Assembly: GCA_036867785.1 (NCBI GenBank)
Contig: CP145425.1
Coordinates: forward strand, 496,001-560,000
DNA length: 64,000 bases
Direction of reading: 5' to 3'
Source: Plasmodiophora brassicae
Lineage: Eukaryota
Positions 31,346-44,450 of the stretch are shown here, piece after piece; positions within the stretch are counted from its first letter, which is position 1, and each line of letters begins with the position of its first letter. The notes under the pieces are model-generated. The model did no database searches, was not told where the DNA came from, and saw only the letters and a list, made by a program, of their open reading frames with translations. A program made the translations under genes and the position numbers.

Positions 31346-34066
31346 TTAAAGTATGGTGCAGCATTTCGGTGAATGTTCTACCACGGGCGGTTTCTTGGGC
31401 GGGTTCTTGGCGAGTTCGAGGTTGTGCTCGAACACGCTGACGATCTCTTCCTGGAACGCGCGCGCATTGCAGTAGTCCCATCTCTCGTAGAACTTGTGGT
31501 CCTTCTCGTCCATGGTGACCTTCTTGAACTTGCGGTCGCCCTCGGATGAGATCTCGCCCAGCGACACCGCGTTGATATCGTTCCTCGTTGGTTTGAACGG
31601 CGGCTCGACCTGCTTCTCGAGCAGTTCGGACCACTGGATGTCGGCGAAGAACGGATGCTGCTTGACTTCATCGGCGCCTTTGGCGCCCAACCTCTTCGTC
31701 GGGTCCGGCTCGAGCAGCTGTTATGAATACGGTTAGAAATCAGGCGGGCGGGGTCGCCTCGAAGATGCGATGCCGTACCTTCCGAAGGATGTCCTGTGCG
31801 TTCTTCGAGAAGGACAGGTCGTCGAATGTCAGCTCGAACGTCATCGGCTCGTTAGCTTTGGCCAAGTCGGCGTGCTCCTTCTTCGTCCCGAACGGGCACC
31901 ACTGCTTCGGCTTCTTGCAATCGCATCGAGGTCTCTGCACCAACAGCCGTCAGCAGGGTGGCCCCACGGTCAGGGTCGACACCTGTAGCAACGAACCCTG
32001 CCAGACAGCAGCTTGTGCAGGAAGATGCCAAAGCTCCACCAGTCCGCCGTATAGTCGTACGTCTGTCGTCGCATGACCTCGGGCGCCCAGTATCCCGATG
32101 TGCCCGCCAGCGTTCGCAGCGGCCGCTTCGATGATATCCGGTGTACGAGGCCGAGATCGCTAAGTATGACGTGGCCTGCCCACCCGAGTCAGAGGACGGC
32201 GGTTACACGGCGCCGCGTTTCCCGCCCACCGTCGCTGTCGATCAGAATGTTGCCCGGTTTCAGGTCCCGATAGACGAACTTCTTCTTGTGCAGGTGCTCC
32301 AGCGCCAGAATCACTTCGGCGGCGTAGAACTGGGCGCGACTCTCCGCGAACCGGTGACCGCGCACCTGGCCCGCGCTCAGCGTTCGCTCAGGCGACGACG
32401 TCGTCGCATGTACCTCTGTCAGATGGTATTGCAGGTCGCCGCCGTTGCAGAGCGCCAGGACGAGGAACACGTTCTTCTCGTTCGTGAACGAGTACTTTAG
32501 GTTGAGGATGAACGGGGAGTCGACCTTCTGCAGCGCCGCCTTCTCGATCTCGCACAGCTTCTCCGAATGGTAATGCTTGATCTTCTTCTTCGACATCGCC
32601 TTCATGGCGTACACCTTCTTCGTGTCCTTCTTCTGCACGGCCGACACCATGCCGAACGCGCCCTTGCCCAGGGCCCGGAACATCTGGAATGACTCGAACC
32701 CGACCTTTGTTGTCTCGGCGTACTCCCGATGGCAGATGAACGTCTGGAAGGGTTCCCCGGACGACAGGAACTTTGGGTACCAGACCTTGGACAGCTGCAT
32801 GTACAGGGCGGCGTACACGACGTCGAACACCTCCATCATGGACTCGTGCTCGAGCAATTCCGGCGACCTGACCGCGTTCGACATCGCCTCCATCGCCTTC
32901 ATCGGGACATCCTTCGTGTACGTCGTGCTCCAGCCAAGTGAGTTCCTACCCGCTGGCCCACCTTCGACAACCGCAGCGCTCTAGCACCGGATTCAGTACC
33001 GACGCCACCTAGCCACCGAGGGCCAGCGTACCGCTTCCTTCGACGTGCTTGCGCTACGAAGAGGCTCGTTGCTCGTGCTGTGCAGGTGCTCGTTGACGGC
33101 CTGGCCGTCGGGTTTGATGATGATCTTGTCGAGCACCTTGTCGTGCGTATCCGCTGCGGCCAACCTTTTCGGGTCGTCGCAGTTCGAGTCGGATACGGCG
33201 CTGGCCAGCGCCTTCGTTCCCGTTGTTGGCGGGTCCCTGCGGCAGCTGATCAGCAACCTCGCACTCGATTCGACCACGGTGCGTACAGTCGGTTAGGGTT
33301 GTCGTCGTTATCCGACTGCGACCCTTCGTCAACGGCGTGCTCGGAGTGCTGCTTCCCGTGCGTGCCGCTGTTTTTCTGGTCGTTGCCGCCGTTGTCCTGC
33401 TCCAGGTCCTTCACCTGGCAGCCCAAACGTGTCAGGCGCGCACACACGCACCCGGAAATTGCGCGTCGCCGCACTGCACGCACCTGCTCCTGCAGCGACT
33501 TCTTGCCAACGAGCGCCTGGTCCACGCGGATCTCCATCGGCGGCACCAGCTGCGGAACGTTCACTGGGACGCCATGGTCGACCGCCTTCACCTCGATCGT
33601 CTTGTCGCCCTCTGCACCACGACGCATTCGTAAACCCAACGGTATTCGCAGAGGGAAACATCAGCTCTCTACCTTTGAACGGCGAGGTCGATGGCGGTGC
33701 GGGGGCGGCCTGCGCGCTGCTGTTGTTCGCTGCTACGGTACGTGCCGTCCCCTCCGACAACATATCTACGATCTTGAGGCCCCGCATGCGCTTCGATTTG
33801 CCGCTCGACGTCCTCAGCATGCGAATGTCGATGCAGATTTGCAGGAGGGCGTCCTGTCGGTGTTCGGCCAGGAACTTATTGAAGCAGTACTTGCCGAGCG
33901 GCTCTTGCAGCAGGTTGGACAGAGTGAGCTCGGCGAGGACCTTCTCGGTGTACGCAGTCAGCTCCGAGAAGGGCTTCGTCTTCAGCACGATCGGCTCCGT
34001 CTCGCCCATCTGCGCCTTCAGCAGCAGGGCATTGGCGACCGTTGTCTCGATGGCGTCGAACGCCAT
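31346..34066 (-). CDS. G-protein-coupled receptor kinase (GRK)-like AGC kinase with RGS-homology domain and C-terminal CaaX; multi-exon
   Basis: N-terminal [16 protein letters not shown] (GRK alphaN-like), [52 protein letters not shown] (DLG), [17 protein letters not shown]...VEPPFKP, C-terminus CCTIL. Confidence 0.9.
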
Positions 34067-34313
34067 GAGCGCCGGGGGTGGCCGGTGGGCGGACTCAACG
34101 AACGAGGACCCGGACGCGCTGCTACGGCCGGATGCACCCGATGGGATGCGAACGAACCCGCCCGCTGCCGTGACGACGAGTGTCGCACCCGCACCCTAGG
34201 TGCCTATCTTGACGATGCACTCTAGTATCAAGTCGTGTACGCGATCCGACCTGGACCAACCTGGCTAAGATATCTCTTCCCACACGGAGGGGCGCTCTCC
34301 CCGACCTGATCGA

Positions 34314-35597
34314 CTAGCTAATGCACTGTATGGACGTCCTCAGCAGGATGTCGGTTAGCGCGTCGAACACCATTGCCACGTTGTCGGCGTTCGTGCTGCA
34401 GGTCACGAACGACCGCAACGGCTCCTGCTCAACGTTCGGGTACGCCTGCTCGAACTTTCGTCGGATGAACTCGACGCCGGCGTCGAACGTCGGCTCGCCG
34501 TCGTAGTCGGGGAACGCGATGCGCAGGTCGTACTGCTTGATCTTCTGCTGGAACAGGTCCATCTTGTTCAGGAACAGGATGACGCGAATGCCGATGAGGT
34601 ATGGGCTGTTGCAGATCTCGGTGAACAGCCGCAACGATTCCGCCATGCGGTTCACGCGCGCGTCCTCGTAGAGCGTCTGGTTGTACTCGGACAGGGCGAC
34701 GACGAAGATAATAGCGGTCACGCCTTCGAAGCAGTGTACTGTCCACGACGTATGAGCCAGCAATAGGGGCCAACGCCCAACGGCGCTTACGCCATTTCCT
34801 TCTTTCGTTACGCTGCCCGCCCACGTCGATCACTTTGAACCTGGCCGAGCTCTTCCACATGAATTCCTTCTCGGTAATACCTGCGGCATGTGTCAGCGAC
34901 CACACTGGTGCACAGGCGGTCGTGGTTGGAACGGCAACCTGTGGACGGCCTTCTGAACATGATCACGTCTTGGCGAGTGGGAAGGTAATCCTTCGCGGTG
35001 ATCTCCAGGCACCGGTCCATGAAGTACGTTGCGGAATCGTGCAAGTCGGCGTGCGGCACGGCGCGGCGCACGCCCTCGTCCTGCCAGACCTGCCTGATCA
35101 TCTGGCCGATCTCGGGCGTCGGTTGCAGGGTCGTCGGGTCGGCCTGCAGGAAGAACCGTTTCGCCTCGAACGATGCCGGGCGCATCCTCGTGTCCAGCAC
35201 TGGGTCCAACCGGTCGGACGCCTTGATCAGCGCCTGCCAAACGTGTCATCACGGCTACCACGCGCGATAGGTAGCAGGGCACGCGTACCACAGTGGTAGC
35301 AACGACGTCGGCGAAGATCGGCAAACGGTATTCCATGCGGTCCCGGCGCGGCATACCCACGCCATGTATATTAAACAGCTGCTTGAGGAGCGTGGATTTG
35401 CCTGAATCGCCTGCGACATAGGCGTCAGCCTCGGATATGGGCCCCATGCGGATCAGGACCAGACCGGTGCCGAGCAGCAGCAGCTTAATGACGTTGCGCT
35501 GCCCGTGCTTCTCCGACACCATCCCGTTGTCCAGCTGCCGCGACAGCATCCGCTCGCCGTCCTGCACCTTGTTGCGCATCCTCGGGCAACATGGCAT
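34314..35597 (-). CDS. Heterotrimeric G-protein alpha subunit (copy 1), multi-exon
   Basis: KLLLLGTGDSGKSTLLKQ, DSATYFM, YLPTRQDV, DVGGQRNERRKW, HCFEGVTAIIFVVALSEY, FLNKMD, FVTCST. Confidence 0.93.
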
Positions 35598-35901
35598 CGG
35601 CCAACCCAAAGCGTCGTTGTTGCCGTTCCGGACGCCCCCCTCCCCCCAAAACGCAGCGCCCGCCCGCCGGGAATGCCCAGTGTGGCTTGAGGGCTGACTG
35701 GCCAGCCGACGACGGGGACCTTCGCAGCGGCGTTCGCGCGGACAGCCGGTTGGACGCCGGAACGGTGATGACTGCGGGGCACACAGACTGACCGCAACTG
35801 CAGGCGACAGACAAAAAACGGCCACTGGCCATCCATCGCTCAGCGGGTCGGGGCGATTAAGTATCGCACTGTGCGACGTCATTTCCATTCCGGGTCGGGT
35901 C

Positions 35902-38212
35902 ATGTCGGATGGGGTCGGGTCGAAGCTGTCGATGCGGATCCCGGCGCGGTCGTCGCTGCGCCGCGGGTCGACGGCGCTGACGGCGCTGGACGGCGGCGCC
36001 GGGAGCCTGTTCGCGCGCGCCGACTGGGATGAGGTCGCCGAGGAGATCGGCGAGGTGTTCTCCCTGTCGGAATCGATCGACCTGATCAACGGCCGACGGT
36101 TGATCACGGAACTGGACGAGCGCCTTGACCTGGATCGCGTTCTGCAGGACGTCCACAGCAAGGACCAGTTGCAGCGGTTGTATTCGGGCGACATCCTCCT
36201 GTCGTTGCTCGTTGGCGGGCAGCTGCCTCCGGAAGCCCCCCGATCTGAACGTCTGGGCAATGCGGGCCGTATTGCCAGGCAGGTCGTAGATAGCGGCGCG
36301 TACCACTGCATCCTGCAGAATCTGGGCCGCGCTGTCGCCGCCATTCACCGACCTGATACACTGGTGTCGGCACCGCCCTCGTTCTGGACGGATTCGAAAG
36401 AGATCCGCCTGCATTTCAATATCGTGCTCGTCGTGCTCATCACGCTGCGGGAAGTGCATCTGGCGAATTCGCAAATCGCGGGCAAGACGCTGGTTGAATT
36501 CGGCCTCGACCTGGTCGCATCGGATCAGTGCGATCTGTACCCGTTGAAGAAGGTTCTGCAGCTGATACGTCTGTCGTTGCTCATCACGTTCGGAGACATA
36601 TCGAGCGCCCAGTTCGACCGCCCCGGCTACCTGACCCAGTCGAAAGCGCGGCGACGGGACGTCTTCAAGGTCTGCAAGCACATTAGCGAGTGCTTCGGGC
36701 CCGTTCTGTGTATTCCGAATCCCGTGCATGAATCCGGGATTGAGCTGGTGACGTTCAGCAACACGCCACGTGCTCTGGCGCATCGGGCCACGTACCTCCG
36801 ATCCTGTGTCCACCTGGGCTATTCTGACATGGAGGACTACGTGGACCTGGCAAGCGATGGCCATGCTGAGCGTCCGGAAACGTCATCGGAAGCCTTGTAT
36901 CGCACTCTGCAAACCAACCTGAGACAGTCCGTTGTCGCTCTTCTAAAAATCCTGCTGTCTGTCGCACCGAGCGTTCGCCCCAGCGCCCAGATGGTCAACA
37001 GCGACAACGAGTTCATCATTGCGCCCGGGCTCACGTCCCTCGGGGAGACCCTCGAACGCGCCAGGCATACGGAAATCATCACCAAGTCCATTGCGTTCAT
37101 TCTTCTTGCTCTGTTGAAGTGCTTCCGGCGCGGCCACCCGCTCCAGTTCTGCTCCTTGCTGTGCCTTCTTCAGGACAAGAATGCCCTTGTCCTCATCCTG
37201 AAGTTTCTGAACCAAAATGTTTCTGGGTCGCTGATGAAGCGCAATGACGTCGACGCGATGAGGTACACCGTACTGGAACCCGTACGGCCAGGCTCGTCTA
37301 ACTTGTTGCCGCTAGCCCATTCTCTGAGGAGATGTGGAAGATGCAGGATATGGATACCGTTTTGGAGTCTATCTCGAACGCAGCGCGTCGGTTCATGTCA
37401 TGTACGCTTGTGTTATCATCATGCTGAGCGTAATAGCAGCGCTGCAAGGCCCCTGTTGGAGGAAGTACTCGGCGTATTCGAATTTGCTGCGCGTATTGCA
37501 GAAAATCTCGAAGAACGCGCCCAGGCAAATTCGCGCCCTTGTCAAGTTCCGTGCTCCGGTAATGGGGTTCCGGCTGCGTCATTTAGATGTGGTGCGTGCG
37601 CTCACTGTCTGCGCAGACGATTTTGAAGCGCCTCCTGCAAATTCCGCAGCTCGACATAATTCTGTATACGCTGAAGCTATTCAAGAGCCTGGCACCCTAC
37701 ATGGATCGCAAATGGAGAACCGGTTGCATTGTTATTGGTCTGCGTGGAAGGCCGCTCTGCTGATGCTGCTTTGTAGACCACATGGAAGTTGCCAATGGCG
37801 TCTATCTTCGCATACGGATGGACGTCATGGACGACTGGCTGGACCTGACGCCAGCCGATGGCGATGCCCTCGAGCGCGAGATCAGTGTCGCCAAGGCAAG
37901 CGCCATTTCTTGTACGCATCCGGTCGAGTGTCTTCTGACCACGTTACGTCAGGCGATTCGACAGGCATGCCAACAGTTTAACGCCAACAGGTATCAACAA
38001 CCGGTTGTGAGCCCCATTGTACGTCATGTACCGCGCGTCCAGTTTTCGCCCGCCGTCTAACGGGCTTCCGTCAGTACCTGCTGCCTCCGAACGCTGGCGA
38101 GGACGAGATTCTAGAAGCCGCCCTGCAAGAACATCGCGTTGCCCTGTCGCCGGAATTCAAAGCCTGTTGGCGACAATGGCTTCTCGAGGAAGTTCCGAAC
38201 GCAGTCGTTTAG
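35902..38212 (+). CDS. Striatin-interacting protein (STRIP/FAM40/Far11; STRIPAK component), multi-exon
   Basis: VALLKILL, RHTEIITKSIAFILLALLKCFR..H.LQF, LILKFLNQN, CWR....NLLRVLQKISK, VYLRIR....DDWL, last exon LSPEFKACWRQWLLEEV*. Confidence 0.85.
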
Positions 38213-38293
38213 ACCCTCGACAATGTACGTATTGTATAATCCCCGTTCAACGCATTCCCATTCGTCTGGTCAATGGTTGCGGTACGTACGCGG

Positions 38294-38962
38294 TCATGCC
38301 CTCACACTGCTGCTGCTGCGGGTCCGCGTTGCACCAGCCTCCTGCGTCGGACGTTAACGTGACTGCCGCCTGTTGCTGTTCGACCGTAGCACGCGGGGAC
38401 TCACCTCGACCCTCTTCCGGATGCGGCGCTGTCGCTGCGCCATCGTCTTCGACAACCTGTCCAGAAGCCCAGACCGAATGCCGTTGAAGCCGAGGTCGAT
38501 CGACGTCAGGTGCGATCGCGATACAGACGCTTCAATAGCGCGTTCGATCACTTCGGCGCCGTCGTCGCCGATCCTGTTGCCGAACAGGTTCAGCGTCCTC
38601 AGCGAGCGGTTCAGGGTGAGCGCCTCGGCCAGCGCGATTGCTCCGGGAGACCCGATCGCGTTCCAGCTGAGGTCTAGGACTTGCAGCGTCGTGCTCCGGG
38701 CAACTGCCACCAGACGGGTGACCGACTGCTTTACAGGCGATCGTCGCACAGCACCTGTACCTGCGAGCGCGATGTACTGTGCGCCCGAGTCGCGTATCAG
38801 ATTCCTGGACAGCGTCAGGCGCGTCAGCGTCCTCGACCCTGCGATCGCCTGGCACAGGCAGGGCAGCGCGTCGTCCGTGATCAGGTGCAGGGTCAGGTCG
38901 ACGTGCGTCGCTGTGCGGACGGCCGCCGCCTGCTCCCTCAGACGGCTGCTCTCGGCGCCCAT
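38294..38962 (-). CDS. Small RNI-like leucine-rich-repeat protein with an N-myristoylation motif
   Basis: MGAESS start; LTRLTLSRNLIRDSGA, LQVLDLSWNAIGSPGA, LRTLNLFGNRIGDDGA, LTSIDLGFNGI. Confidence 0.85.
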
Positions 38963-39293
38963 ACTCTCCGGCCTATACCGGATACGACGTGTGTGTCAAC
39001 CGGCAGTGTGGTGGGCCGCGTGCCTCCAGTCGTGCGAATATCCCCGACTCGGTCGGCAACATCTGGCACCGCCTGCCCACGTCTGGATCTCGCGGGTGTG
39101 CGTTACGCGTGCCCACACCATGACGTCGCCTTCCCGATGGGACGCGCACTGTTCCGCCGTTTGTTGCCGGTTCGACATTGCCCGATCCGCTGCCCACGTC
39201 TGTGTGTGTGTGCGTTGTTAGGGTGGATATTCGTGTACTATCTGGGATCGAACGGGGTACTCAGTGTGCGCTTGGTTGCGCGGCACGATTGAC

Positions 39294-40527
39294 ATGTTCT
39301 CGTGCTGCCGGCCCAGCCGGCAGGTGCTTCCGGATGAGCCAGCGGCGCCCGTCCCCGATCAGGCCGTGCAGCGCGCCCTGGAGGAGGAGGCGCTGCGCGC
39401 CCGCGACATCATGAAGCTGCTGCTGATCGGGCCGGGCGACAGCGGCAAGAGCACGCTGTTCAAGCAGACCAACGTCGTGTACGGGACCGGGTTCACCGAC
39501 GCCGAGCGCGCCGCGTTCGTCGGCGAGGTGTACAACTCGATCCTGTCGGCGCTGATCGCCCTGGTCGACGCCTGCGACACGCTGGACGCCGATCTGGACG
39601 CGAAGATCCGCCCGGAGGCGGTCGCCGCTCGCGACCTTCTCAAGGGCGTCCCGATCGGCACGCGGATCGACAGGCGGGTCTGCGACGCGATCCGAACGCT
39701 GTGGGCCGACCCGGGCCTGCAGAACGCGTATGCGCACCGGTCCAGGTTCCAGCTGCACGACTCGACCGCCTACTTCATGGAGCGACTCGGCGACGTGAGC
39801 GCCGACGGGTACGTCCCCACGCAGCAGGACATCCTGCGGGTGCGCGCGTCGACGACCGGCATCCTCGAGCGCGACTTCAGCGTCCAGGGCAGGACGTTCC
39901 GGATCCTGGACGTCGGCGGCCAGCGCACGGAGAGGAAGAAGTGGAGTACGTCCCGTGTTGCGCGCTCCTCCCGTCTCGTCGTGTGCGCGCTAAACCGACC
40001 TTCGTGAACTGTGTGCAGTCCGATGTTTCGAGGGCGTCTCCGCCGTCATCTTCGTGGCGTCGTTGGCCGACTACGACCTGATGCTGTACGAGGACGAGAC
40101 TGTGAACAGGATGGCGGAGGCGCTGAACCTGTTCGGCGAGATCTGCAGGCTGCCCTATTTCCGAAACACGCCGATCATCCTGATCCTGAACAAGAAGGTC
40201 GCGGGACGTTCGGACGCGGGGTCGTCCAGGTTGCACTGACGGTGTCGGCGACAGGACGTGTTCAAGCAGAAGCTGGCCGATTCGAGCCTGGCCAACCTGT
40301 TCCCCGAGTACGCGGGCGGCGCCGACTACGAGGCCGGCGTCCGGTTCGTCCAGGAGCGGTTCCTGGCGAAACTGCCCGCCGGCCTGTCCGTCGAGCCGTT
40401 CGTGACGTGCGCCTGCGAAGTCGACAACGTTCGCCTCGTGCTCGATCGCGTGATCGACCTCATAGTCAGCAAGGCGTCCGCGCCCGTTGTCATCGCACCG
40501 GGCGCTGCTACCACCACGACGCTATAA
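39294..40527 (+). CDS. Heterotrimeric G-protein alpha subunit (copy 2), 3 exons
   Basis: KLLLIGPGDSGKSTLFKQ, FQLHDSTAYFM, YVPTQQDILRVRASTTGI, DVGGQRTERKKW, CFEGVSAVIFVASL, ILNKKD, FVTCA. Confidence 0.95.
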
Positions 40528-40736
40528 ACCTCACTAGAGATTCATCTCGAACCAGGTGGTGGATGGATGGCGTCGTGTAGGCGATATTTCCGTCCGCGTG
40601 ACCACAGCATGGGTACGCTGGGAGACCCGGCAGGCAGGCGCCCCCGTTTGCTGCCGATCTGTACGCTGGGTCGGTAGATATCGCGTCGCGGAATCAGTTC
40701 GAGAAAGGGTCGATGGCGGCGTGCGAGCGTGGAGCG

Positions 40737-43218
40737 ATGCGGCTCCTTGGCAGGGCGGTGCTGCTCGCCAGCGTCATCGTGGTGGGCACGGTCCGCGCCG
40801 ACTGCTACATGGTACGGCGGCGGGCGCCGTCCTCTCCGGCAGCATCAGCAGCGGGCACTGAACGGTCGGGGTGGTACAGCACAACCCGCGCGGCAGCAAC
40901 GACCGCAACAGGGAGCAGAACTCGAACCGCAACAACGCCAACCGCCTGTTCAACTCGCAGAACAACGCGGCGGGCGGGTACCCGTGGGCGGGCGACCCGA
41001 CGCTGGTCGGCCAGCCCGACCCGCTCATGTTCTTCGCGACGTCCAAGCTGCGCCTGGAGTGGACGATCCAGCACAGCTGTGGCCCGTACGGCAACGCCGA
41101 GTGCACGCTCATCATCCAGTACATGAACGCGCCGGCCAGCACGAACCTGATCCGCGACGGGTACCCGACCGGTCCCATCACGCAGCGCGCCCCCGGCTAC
41201 AACATGTCGACGTTCATCGACCCGAACCAGAACGGTACGCCGCCGCCGGGTCGCCCGTGACCGTTGCTCGTCGTGCGGGGCGCGCTCACCATGTCACGAT
41301 TCAGCGGACGGGACGAACCAGATTCCGCTGCCGCCCGGGTTCTCGTACGCCACCGGGCAGCAGTTCGCCGCCAACGACCCGTACTTTGGGACCGGCGTGG
41401 ACCAGGCGACGCTGGCGCAGAACTGGGCCACGTTCTGCGCCGGCGGCACCGTCGGCCCGTACCGGGGCGTCGAGTTCGGCGTGCACGAATCGTGCGCCAG
41501 CTACGCGCGCTGCCGGACCACGTCGAGGAACCAGGGCCTGTACACGGCCGACCAGGCCCTGGGCGGCAACGACGCGTCCTACACGCGCCAGCAGGCGAAC
41601 CAGAACCGGTTCGGCCTGGAGTGCCAGGAAGAACGCGACTACTACCCGTACTGGAACCCATCAGGTAGCCCCCACCAAGGCACCATTGCCACCGCCCTCC
41701 GTCGTCCTGACATGGCGCAGAGTGGAAGGACATCGCGGTGCTGACCTCGAATTCGTCGTGGTGCGCGTACATGCAGGCGCAGAGCCAGAACATCATGGAC
41801 CGGTACTACTGCGTCATGCCGGCCGGGGCCACCGCGCTGGCGCCCATCACGCAGGCGGCCTGCGTTCGCAGCCTGGGCACGTGGACCCGCTGGCCGAACT
41901 GGGGCCTGCCCGCCCCGCCCTGCATCCAGCACGCGACATCGCGCGACAACCACCTCGGCAACGACCAGGTCGAGATGTTCGCGGGGCAGCCGCAGCCGGT
42001 CACGGCCAACTACGTCTGGACGATACCGGCGTCGCTGCGCGGGCAACGATTCGTCGTCCGGTTCCGGTACAACATCTCGGCGACGACGACGGACGCGTAT
42101 GCGGATTTCAATTCGCCGCCGGGCAAGATGACGAACAGCGCCCTGAACTGCCAGCGCGGCGCCGTCGGCGCCAACGGGGGCGGCCAGTGCAGTAACGACC
42201 TGTCGCAGACGGGGGGGCCGGTGGCGCTGTACAACAACCCGTACGTCCTGCTGTGGAACGCCGCCCAGGAGAACGACGGCATGCAGCATCGGTACCTGGC
42301 CCTGGCGGTCAACACGGCGCAGGTGGGCCGGACGTTCCAGGACCGGTCGTACGTGATGGAGGTGCGCCAGGACATGCCCAAGTGCACCGGCCAGGTCATC
42401 AACCTGAACGTTCGCGGCAAGCGCGGCAACATTGTCCAGGCTTACCGTACGTCACTGGATCGGATGCGTCGCGCGTCGCCGACGTTGACGTGGGTGCGCC
42501 AGCGGCGGTCGAGTACGACTGGGTGCCGAACCACGTCCAGGCGACGCAGCAGGACTGCTTCGACGTGCAGTGGACGGGATCGGATTTCAACCCGGCGGGC
42601 GTGGCAGGCGAGGGTGCCGACCAGACCGACCGGCACAACCTGGTCGAGTTCCAGACGGCGGGCACGAACCCGTCGTCGCCCGACTACGCGCACCTGATCC
42701 CCAAATGGGGACCCTCTGTCGCCCTGTTCAGCGCGGCGGACGCCAAGATGCTGGCGTACGCGAACCAGTCGTTGCCGGCCTGCGCCAACCTGGTCGCCGA
42801 CAACGGCAACACCAACAACCAGTACAGCAACTGTGCCAAGCTGAACGCCGCCCCGAACACGTACCGGCACCCGACGTTGCTGTCGTTCCCGATCGGCGGG
42901 TACGTGGCCGGGACGACGCGCAACAACAACTTCTCGAACCGCCACCAGAAGCTGCACATCATCATCACGAGTTCGATCACGACGGGCGTCTGGATCGCCA
43001 TCGCCGTCGTCACCAGCATCATCGTCGCCAGCGCCGGCGCCTGCCTGTACGCCTGGCGTCGCCCGAACTCGTCGCTCGGCCGCGCCGTCAAGTCGCTCGT
43101 CTACGGGCGCCGCGCGTTCGACGGCCCCCAGCCCCAGAACGACACCGTCAAGTACGCCGGTTTCCAGGACGCCGCCCCGGCCGCCGATCCCGCTCCCGGC
43201 GCCCCGGCCGCCCCATGA
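40737..43218 (+). CDS. DD3-3-like type I membrane glycoprotein, multi-exon
   Basis: Signal peptide, then ADCYMHNPRGSNDR...RLFNSQNNAAGGY, LEWTIQHSCG, GLECQEERDYYPYWNP, SRDNHLGN, GRTFQDRSY, NLNVRGKRGNIVQAYP, TTRNNNFSNRHQK, C-terminal TM. Confidence 0.85.
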
Positions 43219-43545
43219 GCGACCCCCATCCGCATCCGATCGCCCCCGTTACACGTCTGACCCCGGGTGGGTCACCGCTGCTGCAGCTTCCCCGGCCGTC
43301 CAGTCTATTTTTGTGAATCACAACCGGGAAACGAACTGTCGTCTGCGTCACTGGGGACGTCGTCGCTGTGGCGAACTGCAAACGCGCGGCCCGCGGCCGG
43401 CGATGGCTCGGACCTGTCGAGACCTAAATTTAGAGCGAGGTCCTAAATTTGCGTGACTGACGGCACGACCCGGTGCCCTTCGTCGGTCGGGCGGGCGGAC
43501 AGCAGTTGCGTTGCGGCGGTTGGTCAAACAGCAACGCGTAGGGGG

Positions 43546-44409
43546 ATGACGACGAATTTGCCGGTGGCGGCGCTGCTGCTAGCAGTGCTGGTGTGGGGTG
43601 TATGCCACGGCCAGGAGGAAGCGGCGCCGACGGGGCAGGCGGTGACTGCTGCGGCGCACGTGGATGAGGCCGGGCAGACGCTGAACGAGCGAGGGTTCAC
43701 GGACGGACCTGGCGGTCTGAATCGGTTCGTCAACGGGTTGAAGCCCGCGGTCGAAGAGATCGCCGGCGACCAGGCCGGTGGGATCGCGTCCATGGGCGTG
43801 CACTCCGTCGCCAAGTACGTGACGGAAGCGGTGGCGAACAAGTGGGTCGTCGGCCGGTTGTTCATGGCGTACCTGTGGGGCAACCGCCACACGGTCGACG
43901 AGCGTCTCGGCCAGATCGCTGTCGACTACGCCGTGCCGAAGGTCCCGATTGCGGGGGGCATCTACAAGAAGTACCAGGAGGTGATGGCCGCCGATTATGC
44001 GGCCAAGGTCGTACCTGGGCCGAACATCGTCAAGCACCACGTTGGCGGGTACGTCGACCGCATCGCGAAAGATCAGGTTCACGCTTTCGTGGCAGCGCCC
44101 GTGTACCGACAGGTTGGCGGCCACGTCAACAAGGCGCTTGGCGTCGTTGCGAAGGAGGCCGGCGAGGCGCTGGAGCCGCACGCGCCGGAGACCGTCGCGG
44201 CCGGCCGTGCATTCGGTGCCGCCATGAAGCGTCTGCTCAAGGGCCCATCCGACGAGGAAATGGAGGAGTTCTACAAGGAGCACCCGTCGAAGAGGATAAC
44301 GGATGGTGGCGGCAAACGGGAACGGTCGCGGAACACGTCGTCGGGCACCGTCGCTCCAACGTTCACTATCGCGACCACGATCATCGCCGGCCTGCTGTGT
44401 ATCATGTGA
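43546..44409 (+). CDS. Secreted/surface protein with a putative GPI-anchor signal, intronless
   Basis: Signal peptide LPVAALLLAVLVWGVCHG; C-terminal NTSSG + hydrophobic tail FTIATTIIAGLLCIM*; GC3-rich coding bias. Confidence 0.7.
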   Translation: MTTNLPVAALLLAVLVWGVCHGQEEAAPTGQAVTAAAHVDEAGQTLNERGFTDGPGGLNRFVNGLKPAVEEIAGDQAGGIASMGVHSVAKYVTEAVANKWVVGRLFMAYLWGNRHTVDERLGQIAVDYAVPKVPIAGGIYKKYQEVMAADYAAKVVPGPNIVKHHVGGYVDRIAKDQVHAFVAAPVYRQVGGHVNKALGVVAKEAGEALEPHAPETVAAGRAFGAAMKRLLKGPSDEEMEEFYKEHPSKRITDGGGKRERSRNTSSGTVAPTFTIATTIIAGLLCIM

Positions 44410-44450
44410 ATGCATGCATAATACAGCGATGCGTTCGTGGTTGCAGCGCG

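Noticed and set aside
34893-36344. 483-aa - strand ORF suggesting an extra-large G-alpha N-terminus
   Set aside because: The upstream part is antisense to the STRIP gene; the G-alpha most plausibly starts at MPCCP (35597)
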